From: Podospora anserina
Lineage: Eukaryota
NCBI GenBank assembly: GCA_017654855.1
Contig: CM030337.1
Span: 1,488,001 to 1,552,000 of the forward strand
Direction of reading: 5' to 3'
DNA: 64,000 bases
The notes under the pieces were generated by a model. That model worked only from the letters and a program-made list of their open reading frames with translations, was not told the DNA's origin and did no database searches. The translations under genes were made by a program, and so were the position numbers. Shown piece after piece: positions 28,201-41,831 of the stretch (position 1 is its first letter; every line of letters begins with the position of its first letter).

Positions 28201-29449
28201 CTGGGCCAATCGACGTCTCCCATCGGCGACCCGTCTGCATGGTGCGTTACTGGGTGCGTTGCCCAGCGTTCGGTTCCAACTGTCTGCAACGGCACTGGTG
28301 CACTGCTACCCAGTCTAGCTGTCGGTCATATTAACCGTAGCAGAAGTAGCAGGGAGGCACCCAGACGCCCAAAAAGTACTTACCCATTCCCTCCCACCGC
28401 AGCGACTGGGCTCGTTCTCGATTTTGAACCCTCCCCTCCCCCCCTCCACTGTCTGTGCCCTGTAACAGCCCTGAGATGACCGGGGGGTTTGCTGGCATTG
28501 TGGTTTACCCTTCGATTTGCAGCCATCCATAACCATCCACCTACCAGGGTGACCTGCCTACGACTATCCCTGCTCCGTCTGGCCCCATCTCAAATGCGCC
28601 GTTGCTCTTCTTTAAGTCGCACAAAAACCACCGGCTTCCACTGGCTCCAAATCTCTCCTTCAACCGACCGACTCTCACTAGCCGCCCAGCCTGAGAGCAG
28701 TATCACCGAGCATCGATATATACGGCACGACGACCACCCGGCACCTGGCACCTCTCCAGCACCTTGGGCACCAATCCATACGCGCGCCTTTTCACGCCTC
28801 CAGCTCCCCAGACGACGAACAGGGTGACGATACACTTCTTCTGCAGCTCTCCGATAGTCTTCCTCCAATCTTCGGTCATCTGGCGCAGAGCACTAACACG
28901 GTTGTGCGCGCTGTGCTGTGATACTCGATTCACCAGGACTCCCCATACCGGGAATCACCCTCTGCGTCATCGCTTGTCTGACAACCAGGCCTCCTTTCTC
29001 GTGCGTCTGCAGCCGACTCCTTCTCCAGTAAACAAGCGGCCGGTTCAGTTCGGCCGGATCCTGCTGTCGTCCATCCTCAAAAGGGGACCGCTGTCTTGGA
29101 CCAAAGAAGAGGCGCCAAAGGCCCGCCTCCGAAGCACTTGCCATCTCGCCCCACGTCAGACTTTTGCATCTTTTCGAAAACATCATAAAACCTCTTTCAG
29201 GAGACCCGCCAAATATTCTGGCCCCCGAGGACACCGGGCAGTGACACTCTTGAACTTGGCTGCATCGGGTAATGTCGATCAGCGTCTCTGGATCTGGGGT
29301 ACGGTCTGGAAGTTTGTCTCCCCAGGCGGAGACTTCCGTGAGACCATCGTGTTAACTGAGCTTACACCGACGCCGTCCTCATCGAAGCCCTCGAGCAGAG
29401 TTAGACGGTCCCCTTCCGGGCTCTTGGCTACGCCAAAGCCGCCTCCTCC

Positions 29450-32047
29450 ATGCAGCGCAGCCATCCAGGTGACGACTCCTGGACACCTCTCGGCCAACGC
29501 CGAGGGATATCAGACCTGGCGCGATCCGCCTTGAGTCTCGACTTGCACTGGGTCAGGGCAGACACTGAAAGTGCTGCTCGTCAGAGGAGCTATCCCTCTC
29601 CCCCCATGTCAGGATCTCCATCGATCCCCCCTAAACTCAGCCAGGAGGCAGCCGAACGGGCGCAGGGAAGCTATCAGCCCATCACGCAGGATGTTTACCG
29701 TGGAATCCCAACATCACAAGGTCACGAAAGGGCGCAGGCGAGCAACATAGCCGGACCTTCTCGGCAGTTCCTCACCGATCCACCAGAACGAACCGCATAT
29801 TCTTTCCCTCCACAGCAATCTGAGAGACCGGCACCTCAGCCTCTTACTTACTCCCATTTGTCCAGCCAGATCGGTGGACAACCAGGGCCGGCATATCTCC
29901 CAATCCCAGGCACAGGCAGTGCAGTTGGGCCATCGGGACAGCTAGCAGCTTCGCAAACCTATCCTTCAGCACTTCACTCACAGCTGCAAGATCCTCTTCA
30001 ACATAGCTCTGCAAAGGCGAGGAAGACCAAGGGGCATGTGGCATCCGCATGTGTGCCGTGCAAGAAAGCCCACCTTCGGTTGGTTGCCCCGTCAAAACCT
30101 GTTGGCATTGCCTAAAGACACGAGACTGACAGCTTGCAGATGTGACCGTAGGTACCCAGAGCCCTTTCGCCCCGATTGATCACAAGAAGCAGGACAGAAA
30201 TTGGACGCAGAGTGTGAGCAGGCATCGCCAACCCTGCGGCACCGCAAATGCGATCCCTGGTTTTGATTGACATGATATTGTTAACAATTCCGGGATTGTT
30301 TTAGGCGCGGCATCGACTAGCGCCTAGCACCAGTGTGATGCGGTATACCCCCATGAGCAATTTCTGTTTTTGGCACGGCATACTCAAGATGAGACGACCC
30401 ACTAGGCCAGTGACGAATGGGTTGGGAACTCTTGGGCCGCCCGACTGCAGGAACGGGTGGAGGTGGTTCTCAAGCGGGTTCCATGCTGTTCCGGGCCCGG
30501 GTAGGAGAATGCAGATAATCCAGCATGCTTATGCGTGGATGAGCTCGCCGACAGTTGGCTCGCTACTGCAGCGCGGATGCTTGGTCCTGCGGCAAAACCG
30601 GGCCGCTGCCCTCGAGGTGTGGTGGGATTCCCGCAAATACACGGCCCGGACGCCTCTGTTTCCACCATCGTTTTAGCCATGGTGGCGCCGAGATGGGAGT
30701 GGGCTTTGTCGATGAGGAATTCCAACTGCTTGTCCTTTCTGTTCACCAAGTACTTCGAAGTTGCGATTAGAGAATCTGCTGACTGTTTTCACAGCGGAGC
30801 GACCTTGTAGCCGATGTGTCTCTCAAAACAAGGCCGATCAATGCGTCGACGTCCAGCACAAGAAGCGCGGGCGACCCCGGCTTCGAGACGACAACCAGAC
30901 GAGATATGAAAGCGGGGGGAGGATGGGAAGTGCAGCAGAGGCCATGAGAAGGCCCTTGACATCCGTGTATGGCTCGGGTTCCACGATGGGTATGGTTCAA
31001 AGTGACAGTCTCCGACGCACTCAGTCGTATCGCGTGCTGAAATCTCAGCCAGCCGAATCAATCGCACCGAGATTCCTCGAACGAGGTTTGGCAGCTGATG
31101 CAAACGTTTTTCCAGCTCCCCTATCGATATCGACAACGAGGGTTCCCGAAGAACCAGTGGCATACTTGAGGGTTGTTGGCCTGGAGTTTTTGAAGGCATC
31201 GGCAACCTTCTACAGCGCCATAGGACGGCCGTCGAGAACGGGTTTCAAACTGCTGGAGGATGTACTTGCACCCGGTGATCGCGGCAAGGCCGAGAGAATT
31301 GACCGACAGACAAAGGAGGAGCAACGGAACAGAGAGATGGGACTGCCGGCCATGACGACCGTCGATGAGCAAGCCCACTTTGCTCAAAGACTCGGGTTCG
31401 GCGCAGATGACATTGCAAGATACCAGACAGACTGGAGGGTGGAGCATCTTACCTTTGAGGGAGAAGATGGTCAGCATCGACAATTTCCAACTCGATTTGG
31501 GCTGGTGAAGGAAGATTCGGTTTGGTTTGTCGTACTAATCCTCCAGATCCAGCCACCTAGACCATATCAGTACCCGACGCCCTCGCCGAACCCAAGAGAC
31601 AACACGTATCCTTATCAGCCCACGCCCCTATCGTTTTCCCAGCCCACGCCCATGTCAGCGACGTTCGATCCGAGGCAATCAAGGCTAGGAGAGCCTTCGC
31701 CCTACGGAGCGAGGCAGCCGATGGCCATTGGAGCCCCGCCACCATCGATAATGACGGGAAGGAGCCCTGGCCTTCCCTCAGGTTACGTCCCATCTCCAAA
31801 CAGGCCTAGCTACCCAGAAACGTCATCCTCCTACCAGGTACCCAGAAGCGAGATTCATCCTCCATCAAGTCGGCCGCCTCAGATGCAAGGGTACCAGCTT
31901 CCACCGTTGAACCTTGGGCCTTCCACGGGTCCTTCCCAACCGCAGCCACAAGAGAGGCAGTCTCGAGGAGATCGACCACGAGTTGATATTGGCGGTCTCC
32001 TTGATCACCCGGGTCACCCCAGGGATCCACCACCATCACAACAATGA
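29450..32047 (+). CDS. Zn(II)2Cys6 transcription factor with a possible PAS-like central region; exons 29450-30078, 30140-30147 (8-nt microexon), 30795-32047
   Basis: Spliced product reads ACVPCKKAHLRCDPERPCSRCVSQNKADQC followed by KKRGRPR. All splice sites are GT-AG with CTGAC branch points. Confidence 0.88.
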
Positions 32048-33547
32048 TGCTCATGATGAGATGGGCTATTCAAAGACCAGGATATGGGAGCGGCGGTGCG
32101 ATTTGCCGTGGGATGTCAAAAGCATGTTGTTGATCATTTTTTGGTTAGCTCCGCAGGTTTGGATGCAAGTTTCGCCGGGCAGGAAATTTCGTGAAGTTGA
32201 TCGCGCTTTCGAGTGGCTTTGCATAGATGATACCACTGTACAATTGGCAGAAGTTGTGGGCCGCGGTGCATTTTTGGGCGTTGGAATGTCTTTGTGGAGG
32301 ATGTTTGGGGCATATGCCATTGTGTGGCACTTTTCTCTCTTCTTTTTTGTGACTTTCTGTTTCTCTTCTGTGTTCTTCTTCAGACTCATTTTTCGCTTCT
32401 TTTCATTCTTCGACATCTTTTGACTTCTCTTCTTTGAGCACCGCCGCGGCGGGCTTGGTTGTTGGCTAGGCGGCACCGGGCTTTTTTTCTTCTTGTATGG
32501 GATTGTTATCCCTTTTCAGGCAGGCGGAAGGGATGCCGCGCTTTTTTGGGGAAGGATTATCTTTGGTGAACTTTTCTTGTATGAACTATAGTGTGGTGGA
32601 TAAATGCGGACATAGCGATTGGTACGTGTGAGTCGGAAAACCGGGAGTGGGAAAGGATATACTGGGAATTAACTGTCAATGTCTTGTTGGCTGTGTGCTT
32701 GGGAACTGTTTGTCGATGATGTTTGTTGTGTGTTGTGTGTATATGCTGCTGTCGTTTGGGTTGTTGTGAGAAGTGAAGAGGGGGGGGGAAGAGAACGAAT
32801 GAGATGGCATGGGAGATTCGCCTATGTCGGGTCGACATGATCATCCCGGGGTTCCTTCCTTTCCCCTCTCGTATGTATGCTGATATGCGGCCCGTCTGGT
32901 AGGCCGGCCCACCATCACTCATTCCTTTGCAGATCCGGACGGTCCAGGCCCAGCATGGGATCTTTTTTGGGAAATGAAATAGGAGGTGCGGTTGCTAATC
33001 AATAGATGTTGACTCGGAGTTTCGGTAACATGGCTCGAATGTGTGGGTGGTGATCTGATGGTTGTGTGGGGCAACCGTTGTTGAGATGGGGGGACGTTGA
33101 TTTAAGGTTGGTTTTTAGTCGACCGTTGGAAAGTTTGGCGGACCTCCTCCACCCGTTCCGCACATGCCACCTCTCCGTGCCGGGCCGTTGCTCAGGGGGA
33201 GGAGGGAATGGTGTGCCGACGGGACGTGCCGGTTGTGGGTACTGATCTGGGTCGTTGTTGAAGATCGCACACCCGGTGATGACGAGAAGGAATAGGAAGA
33301 AGTGCCCGGGGGGAATCAGACGACCATGGCGGCGGGTAGGTGTGTGTGTGTGTCGGATGAAAAGGGAAACGCCACATGTCTCTTCGCTTGGCCGAGGAGG
33401 GAAGGTCCTTTATTTTTCGAGGTTTTGCAACCAAAGGGCCCTTTTAGGTCGTACCCGAAATACGCGGGTGGAAATAGATTGCGGTGCCTTGCTGCTGGCT
33501 GCTTGCTGACATGAATGAATCCTGAATGTCGGTTGTCGGCACTTGCT

Positions 33548-33577
33548 TCCATCCATCCATCCATCCATCCATCCATC
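33548..33577. repeat. (TCCA)~7 microsatellite
   Basis: Direct reading. Confidence 0.9.
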
Positions 33578-34987
33578 CTTTTCCTTTCCCCCAACACATC
33601 GTTGACATAGGCAGTTGGTTTTTTGGTGACGTCGAAAGAGTCGAGAATTGGACCGCTGCCGGGTGGATTCTATGGGGACGGGTCAGGTATTAATATCGAT
33701 AGCGTCAGAAATTCCAAATAGGAGATCGGGCTGGGTGAATCATGTTGTGGTCTCGCTCGGGTCTGGTTGAAGGAGACGGCCGGCTGGCTGGCTGGCGCTC
33801 GGTCGGTCGGTGTGTGTCGGTCGATCGGTGTAATGTGAATCACTTTTCTTTTCTTTTCCTCATCACCCGTGTTGAAGGCTTGGGGTGTTTGTGAGACCCT
33901 TTTCGCAAACAAGAAACGAAACGGGAAGAAACAAAAAAGTGAAGCAGAGAAAGGGAGGAGGAGGAAGGCATGAACAAGTAATGAACATTTTCAAGTAGCA
34001 CCCAAAAATAGGGGTTTTTTTTGTTGCTCTCTGTCCAAGGCATATATATCAGACTTTCAACCATCCTGACATGTTATAATAACACAACATCCAAGCAGCA
34101 TGAATAAAGCATGCCCGCCAAACCGCACGATCCCACCAACCCATCCCCGATCCGGCCACCCCAATGAAACGACAATTCCCAAAAGGAAAGAAACGTTGCA
34201 GCGGACCGCTTGGAAGGTTGCTTCTTTTGGCTTGGATCTTGTTTTTTTGGCCCGCTGGTTCAAACCGGTGAAAAGAAGAATGGAGTGCAGGGGATTGGTG
34301 CGCATGTGAAAAGAAAAGGGAAACCCCTTCAACTTACACTATATAAAATATCATCGTGATCGTGGAAGTTGCATCGGAGATTTTTATTCCCAATAGAAAA
34401 TGCCCCGACGCAGCGCTCGATCGGTCGCGGCGGCGGCAGGGCCGTTTACGCTACCCACTGTTGAGATTTTGGAGGCGCATGAGCCATTCGGAGATTTTTT
34501 GGTTCAATTGCTTTTTTTGTGGGCGCGACAAGAAGAGGGTCAACAGCGGAAATGCAACAGTGGACAGGGTTGGCAGGGCCCAACTTGCTTGGTCGTCCAT
34601 CCGTTCATATCAAACCAAATCTGGAGGTGCAGCAGAGAGGTGGTGCTGATCCAATGACGCTGTGGGAAACGGATAGGGCAGGCAGTTGAAGGAAAAAAAG
34701 GGGCCAACCAAGGACTGACACGATTGGTCTGCAGGCTTTTGTTCACTTTGAGATACAGAGGTAAAACACGGAGGAGAATAATAGGATGGTGAGACACAAG
34801 TTCACATTATCCTGATAAAACATGCTTCGTGTTCGCTACCTATAAACTATGAGCCGCCTGATATAAGTGCACCGCTGTATCTGAGTACATACTAGAATTA
34901 TCAAACGACTCTGCAACTTTCTATTATAAGAAAACCATCTCACTTGCCCAACAAACCCTTCTCAAAAACACACCCCAGTCAGAAATG

Positions 34988-35757
34988 TCACCTCCTCCGA
35001 TCCTCCTCTGCATCACCTTCTCCCGACTGCCCTTCGATTGGTCTCCCACTTGTGCCAGGCACATTCGTTGACTGCTGTGGCGGTAACCTCCTCGACACGG
35101 ACCGAATAGGCAATGTTCTCCTATTCCCAATCACCACCGTCTGAGGATCCGACTGGAATAACGGATCTTGTTGTCTTTCCGGAGACAAAATTCGATCGAT
35201 GTCATCAAAGTCTGCCACGGATATCGATGGAACCTCCGTGGGGGCAGACGAAAATGGGAAAGATGTCGTTGGTGCTTCCGTAGATGGAGACATGAGCTCG
35301 AGTTCCTCCGTCATTCTATCCCTTTTTGCATAGCGTTCTTCATCTTCATCGATAGTCTCACTGTCATATGGTCGTTTCTGGCCCGAGTGGACGCCGCCAG
35401 AGGTCAAACCCAGCAAGACATCCTCGTTAGGAAGTAATGGGTCCTCTCCGGATTGTCGAAGCAAGAAGTCGATCGACAGTTGGGAGGATTGCGAATTCGA
35501 CTGGCTTGGATGTTGTTCAAAAGCCGGTTCGGGCTGTGATGGTGAAGGTAGTCTTGATGGTGTTTGTGAGGGGCCGGTTGCGCTTCTCCCCCTGTGATAG
35601 GTGAGGATGAGCACCATGGAAAGCGAGATTTTGCCGGGTTAAAGTCTTACCTGTTGCTGAGAGCATCAAGCTGAACTTGGACTGACGAGTTGGCGTCACT
35701 CCCATTGGGGTCCGGACTCGAAAGTCGGGGAAATGGTAGTCGTGAGTCGTTTGACAT
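34988..35757 (-). CDS. Orphan acidic/Ser-Pro-rich protein of ~236 aa; exons 35757-35651, 35591-34988
   Basis: ATG in good context (GTCACAATG). A GTAAGA..CTCAC..CAG intron joins in frame to the 34988-35617 ORF. Contains GQKRPYD...AKRDR (NLS-like). Confidence 0.6.
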
Positions 35758-37174
35758 TGTGACTTGAGGCGAGTCTGTGAGATGTGATGGATATAGTCAA
35801 GAGTGGAGGTGTGGGGGAAGCTGCACACTAAATGCAGATCTGAAGGGAATCGATTGCCGAGCGGGGAGGCTCTGCATATTTATGAGGACAAAAGAGATGG
35901 GAGAAAATGTAGGTAGAAACAAAAAAAAAAAAAGACATGCAATGCATAGCAAAGAAACGAAACGGAGGGAAACCGGACGTTGCCCGAGAGACTGCAAGGC
36001 CCGCCCAGCTTGTGAGCCCTCCAGGAAGCCTGGAAATCACAGGGCTGCATCCATTTCCCCCCCTAGGTGAAAAGCATTTGGCATGCACCTAGTTGGCACG
36101 GTAGGGCATCGTGCAGCGGGTGTGTGATGCACGCAAGAGCGGGAGCGGCGCGCCGCCTAGTTGGGTGAATGCAGAAGCCATCACACAGTCACACCCGCCT
36201 CTTCAACGGCCATCAAGAATGGCCCGCTGGCCACTGGGCCCCCCTGTTGCCCATCCACCCAGTGCTACCACATGCACATGGCCCGATGGCACATCACAAA
36301 GATGGGCTTCGACACATCAGAAAAGCCGGGTAGGAGACATGCTTTGCACTGGCGCAGCACTCCAGCGGTCTTCACCTAAAGGCGAGGTCGGTCTTGATCT
36401 TCTCCATCATTCAGTTTCGGGCCATGGGCGAGATGGGATTAAATGGAAGCCTGGAGATCTTGGAGACCTCAAACGATTTGAAGGTTGAATTCGAGCCCTC
36501 CGAATTGGGCCGGGAGGTCGTTTTGTTTCCGCGAGGGCAAAGGAACCGTGGCTAAGCATCGAGCTGACTTTTCTGCGCCCTCTCCTAGAACCGATTGATC
36601 TCCAATTGCAGTGGCTTAAGCGGCTCAAGTAGAGGTTGGGGCCGCGATTATGGCCTTGAAATATGACAAATGGGGTAAAGGCGGAATTGTTGGTCTGCTA
36701 TGCTCCAAATATGATAATCAAGTTCGGACTGCTGTATCTGAAGAGCCTGGTGGGAGAAAAACACAAAAGAGAACGTCGGTTGTGGCTGTGGTGTTTTGTT
36801 GGTTCTTGAACAGTTCGGGACTGGTCGATCGAGGTCGGGTTCCCTCCACGCCAAGCATTTCCATTATCAGCACGCCAAGATATTAGTCCTAGAGTGGGGT
36901 GACAGGCCCCTGAACCGAGCGGGCCGGACGGTGCACGAACAATCCGGGGCAAGCACGGTCCACCCAACCCCGGCAGGAAGAAGGTTCAACGGTGAATGCC
37001 TAGCAGAACTCGGTGTGAGCCTTTCATCGGCTGTTCTTTCCTCTTCTCCCTGTCCAGCTGAAATGTTAAGGTAGGGGTGAAAATCTGGATGCCTGGATAA
37101 GACCTTGACGAAATCCTCCTGCTCTTTCTCCGCATCGCGCTTTTCTTCCGCGTCGAACATTCAACGGCGCCACT

Positions 37175-39573
37175 ATGAGTGATGCAATGGAGGTGGATTC
37201 CGAGGTGGATGGGCCTCGCGGTGCCAAGAGGAAGGCTGATGCTCTTGACGACAACACCCCCCAACGTCGAATCAAGGTACAGCTCCCGACACCATCTTTT
37301 TTTGAGACGAGCTGCACTAACAGCATGCTAATAGCCCCTGGACGAAGATGTCATCAACAAAATTGCTGCCGGGGAAATCATCGTGGCTCCCGTGAACGCC
37401 TTGAAGGAGTTGATGGAGAACTCTGTCGACGCGGGATCAACTACCGTAGATGTGTCGGTGAAAGAGGGAGGCTTGAAGTTACTACAGATCACTGATAATG
37501 GCTCTGGCATCGAGGTTCGATCCCCCCTGTTAGCGTCCGCTATCACCCGCTCGCTTCCTCGCCGCCCCCTTCATCCCCCTTGTTCCGAGTGGTTACTCAT
37601 CAAAGAAACAGAAAGAAGATCTGCCAATATTGTGTCAACGTTTCACGACGTCCAAGCTCCAAAAGTTTGAAGACCTCCAGACCATCGCTACCTATGGTTT
37701 CAGAGGCGAGGCCTTGGCCAGCATCAGCCACATTGCCCATCTTACCGTGACCACGAAAACACGGGACTCAGAGTGTGCCTGGAGGGGTCACTATGGCAGC
37801 GGAGTGTTAGTCCCAGCCAAACCTGGCCAGTCTCCTGACCCAAAGCCCGTATCTGGCCGACAAGGCACCCAGATTACCGTTGAAGATTTGTTCTTCAACG
37901 TTCCTACAAGACGGCGTGCGTTTCGATCACCAGCCAACGAGTACAACAAAATACTGGACATGGTTGGGAGATATGCTATCCATTGTACCGGTGTGGGGTT
38001 CACATGCAAGAAACATGGCGAATCATCCAAAGGCATCTCCGTATCTCCAACAGCGCCATGTCTGGACAGGATCAGACAAATCTACGGCGCAAGCGTTGCC
38101 AACGAGCTCACCGAATTCGAGACGAAAGATGATCAATGGGGGTTCAAGGCAAAGGGACTTGCCACCAACGCCAACTACAGAACCAAAAAAACTACCTTGC
38201 TGTTGTTCATTAATAACAGATGTGTTGAGTCAACCAACATCCGCAAGGCACTCGAGCAGACCTATGCGTCATTCCTCCCTAAAAACGGTCATCCGTTTGT
38301 ATACCTCAGCCTTGAGATAGACCCACGCCGGGTCGACGTCAACGTCCACCCAACCAAACAAGAAGTCAACTTTTTGAACGAAGACGAAACCATTCAAGCA
38401 GTATGCGAACACTTGCGCTCCAAACTAGCCGAGGTAGATGCCAGCAGGACCTTCCTCACCCAGACCCTCCTCCCAGCAAGCAGCCGGGCTGCCTCCTCCA
38501 CTCAACTGCCACCAGCCCCCTCTGCACCCTCTATGGCGACCCCGGCTTCCAGTCGAAGAGCCCCTCCTAGAAGCGACACCAGCCTCGTCAGGACAGACAC
38601 TAACCTTCGGAAAATCACGAGCATGCTCCCCCCTGCCAGACCAGGCGGCAGCACGCCATCCCGCCCAGGCCCAGAGCCCATGGAATTTGACACGGCACCC
38701 GAGCCTCGTCAGCCCACATCTTGTCATTTGCACAGCATCAAAGAGCTCCGCGCAGAAGTCCGCGAGGAGATGCACAACGAGCTCACTGATATCTTTGCCA
38801 ACCACACTTTTGTCGGAATTGTTGACGAGCGCCGCAGGCTGGCTGCTATACAAGCTGGCGTTAAGCTCTACATGATTGACTACGGCCGGGTGTGTTACGA
38901 ATACTTTTACCAGTCGGGCTTAACAGATTTCGGTAATTTTGGTGTGGTACAATTTCAGCCTCCTCTTGACATTCGCAACCTACTGTCATCGTCCCCAAAT
39001 CTCCTCACTGAATATGAAGAAGAGCAGGATGATGATGAGGAAGAGGACATTGACCCCGAAGAAAAGGCCGAGATCATCGAGGCTGTGGTGGAGAAGTTGA
39101 TTGAGAGAAGAGAAATGTTGCTGGAGTACTTTAGTTTGGAAGTATCTCCCGCGGGAGAGTTGTGCAGTGTGCCGCTGTTGGTCAACGGGTATGAGCCACC
39201 TTTGACAAAGTTGCCAGGGTTCTTGGTGAGGTTGGGGCCTTGTGTCAACTGGACGGAGGAGAAGGCTTGTTTTGAGAGCTTCCTGAAGGAGCTGGCTAGA
39301 TTTTATGTACCAGAGAGGTTGCCGCTGAAGAAGGTAGCCAAAGAGGAGGATGATGGGACGCTGGATAGTGCTGATGAGAGGGAAGAAGATAGTAAAGGGG
39401 AAGAGGAAAAGAGGATTGATGCGAGGAGGAGAAATGTGAAATGGGCGTTGGAGCATGTGCTTTTCCCGGCGTTTAAGGCGAGGCTGGTCGGGACGAAAGG
39501 CATCATGGAGGCTGGGGGTGTGGTGGAGGTGGCGGATTTGAAGGGGCTGTACAGAGTCTTTGAAAGGTGTTAG
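37175..39573 (+). CDS. MLH1: DNA mismatch repair protein MutL homolog 1; exons 37175-37276, 37335-37514, 37612-39573
   Basis: [45 protein letters not shown] and the invariant C-terminal FERC. Confidence 0.97.
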
Positions 39574-40634
39574 GTAATGGATGTTGAAATTGGGGTTGTT
39601 GGGGAACATGGGTAGAATATACGGGGATGCTTTTCAATTTATTATTGATCATGCCTGGCATTTGTATGTGCACAACCATGTACACGAGCAACGACCATCA
39701 GGTAGGTAACATGTGAAATTAACTGAGGGCTACTTGCGGCTGCCTAAAGTTGTACACAACCTTCCATTTTCACAGACCAAGACCTGATGGAGGAAGGTAC
39801 GAGCGGTTCAACGTATCCCTTCTTTACTCCAACGCCTGCCACTCAAATCTCAATGGCGTGCCCGTTGGCCTTGACTTTTTGGAACGTGGGCTGATGAGAA
39901 CTCTCGCTGTTCGTAAGTTCTATCCCTACCTACCTCGATCTCCAACCACCCAGAACTTGGACAGATGGCATGGAATTAACAGAGTTATAGGAGCAAATGG
40001 TAGGTTGAATGTAATCTCTGGGGTCCGGCTGGCACACTGCCTTTAGGCGGGCATCTTTTTTGTTCGGGGCTCGAGGTTTCATTTTTCTCCCCCCCAAGGT
40101 CCCCAAACCAATCCTGGATGGCACAGTGGTCCCTTATGGCATGCGAAAAATGTGAGATGGTTGAGGTAGTGATGAATTGTAAAATAACTGCTAGGTAGGG
40201 TCAAAGGCAGATAGATATGCGCGTGGTTGATCTTGGTGCTAGGCAAGGCTTGACTTGCAAATTCCTTGCAATATGAGGTCCGCAGATGCTGGTGTCCTGG
40301 CTCATATTCCCTTTGTGATTTCTCATGAGGACAGCCCTCGATTCGGCCCTCAGTGTAGCAATTCCTCCGTTCCTTCCATGTTCAGTTTTGGCGATAGCTT
40401 CATTAAAGGAGCCCTGCAAGGGCAGCTGAACTAACATAGGTAGGTACGAGACATCCGATTGACCTAGAATCATAGGTTTCCCGGCGGGCAAGGTAGGCTG
40501 TCGGCTGATGCGTGCGGATGTTATATGACGATTGGCTCAGATCACCTCCTCCGCCCGAGTCGTTCTTGGACGTGTATTGTTGGGTTAAGCATCGAACGTC
40601 CAATGGCACGTTGCTCTTGTACAAATGCGCCTTT

Positions 40635-41831
40635 TCACACCGCCTGAACTGTACTATGGTGGTTCAAACAAGACAAATCTTTGCAAACAGGCCATATATT
40701 CCCAAACCGGCTTATATCGTCGTCGAGATGGTACGAGTCGGGGTCCATTACGTGGAGCCATGAGTGCGATGGATTGAATCGAGCTTTCCCGTCACGCCCA
40801 TACCTGACTGACTGACCCCTCTGCTCCTGCATTGTTTGGTCCGTCAGGCCCCTTAGGTCGGACCAGAGGCCGGGTGTGATACCCCGCCGGTTATGTGAAA
40901 AAATTACTGCACCCAAGAAAGTGATCCGTTTGTCTGAGACGAATTCTAGCTGAAACTTCAAGCTTCTCTCATGTTCGGGATTTTCGCAGGCGATAAGCTG
41001 TACAGTGGCTGCCTTTGCCTCTCGGAAGATATCCACCTCAAACCAAGAACCGACCATCTGGGGCTCTTTGGTCAGAAGATCAATTGCATGGGTCTCTATA
41101 TCAGCCCAGCTGACTACCCGATGCTTGCATATCCTCACCACCCCCGTCCTCATGATGCAAATCCGTTGGCTACCTTTTACCTCCCTCTCTGCGGTTGAGA
41201 ACATTCGGTGGTGGTGGAGAGTATCGCAGCCTGAGCAATACAGTGGCCCAATCCCCTTGACGTGATGGCTTTCAAACTTGCAACGATCCCAGAGGCGCTT
41301 GCCAGACGGGTGACGTGGCACAACCCTACCATCCCTCATCATTCGGAGATCGTTCCGTGGCAAGCACGTCTTGCAGAGTAGGTCTTTGCGAAGGCAATAT
41401 CTGATGGCGTCTTGGGCACCGCGAGTGCGTATGTAATTGGACGGAGGCTCAAAACCGTATCGGGAGCTGAGGATGGCTAAGCTGGGCCAGAGTGGCCCCG
41501 CCAGATCGTGTTTTATGATACGTCGTAGAACTTGAGAGACACGACCGAGGCAGAAAACGGCCGCTACGTCGACAGCAAGATCCAGGTTGAACCTTTTCAC
41601 AATTTCGAGTATGAGCTCTTCGGGGAGTTTGAGTAGTCGGCTGTGTTCGCGATTGTGAAGTCTGGTCACCATGACAGGATCTCTCGTGTCATGAGCAGCC
41701 GACGCTTCAGGATCATGTGGGGAGTGAACAGCCGCCTCGTTCTCGGAAGAGTTGGCAGTCGATTCGGATTGTTGATGGTTGTCTTCCGGCGGTTTCGGTC
41801 CCTCTTGGTGGGGATTCATCTTGTCCGTCAT
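40635..41831 (-). CDS. F-box domain protein with Cys/His-rich central region (398 aa)
   Basis: SRLLKLPEELILEIVKRF is an F-box signature. Also LCKTC and YCSGCDTLH...RIC...RICKH. Single long ATG-initiated ORF. Confidence 0.65.
   Translation of the reverse strand: MTDKMNPHQEGPKPPEDNHQQSESTANSSENEAAVHSPHDPEASAAHDTRDPVMVTRLHNREHSRLLKLPEELILEIVKRFNLDLAVDVAAVFCLGRVSQVLRRIIKHDLAGPLWPSLAILSSRYGFEPPSNYIRTRGAQDAIRYCLRKDLLCKTCLPRNDLRMMRDGRVVPRHPSGKRLWDRCKFESHHVKGIGPLYCSGCDTLHHHRMFSTAEREVKGSQRICIMRTGVVRICKHRVVSWADIETHAIDLLTKEPQMVGSWFEVDIFREAKAATVQLIACENPEHERSLKFQLEFVSDKRITFLGAVIFSHNRRGITPGLWSDLRGLTDQTMQEQRGQSVRYGRDGKARFNPSHSWLHVMDPDSYHLDDDISRFGNIWPVCKDLSCLNHHSTVQAV

Noticed and set aside
28764..29534. 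256-aa ORF overlapping the transcription factor start
   Set aside because: Non-ATG start, different frame from the TF and no protein-like features; more likely 5' leader.
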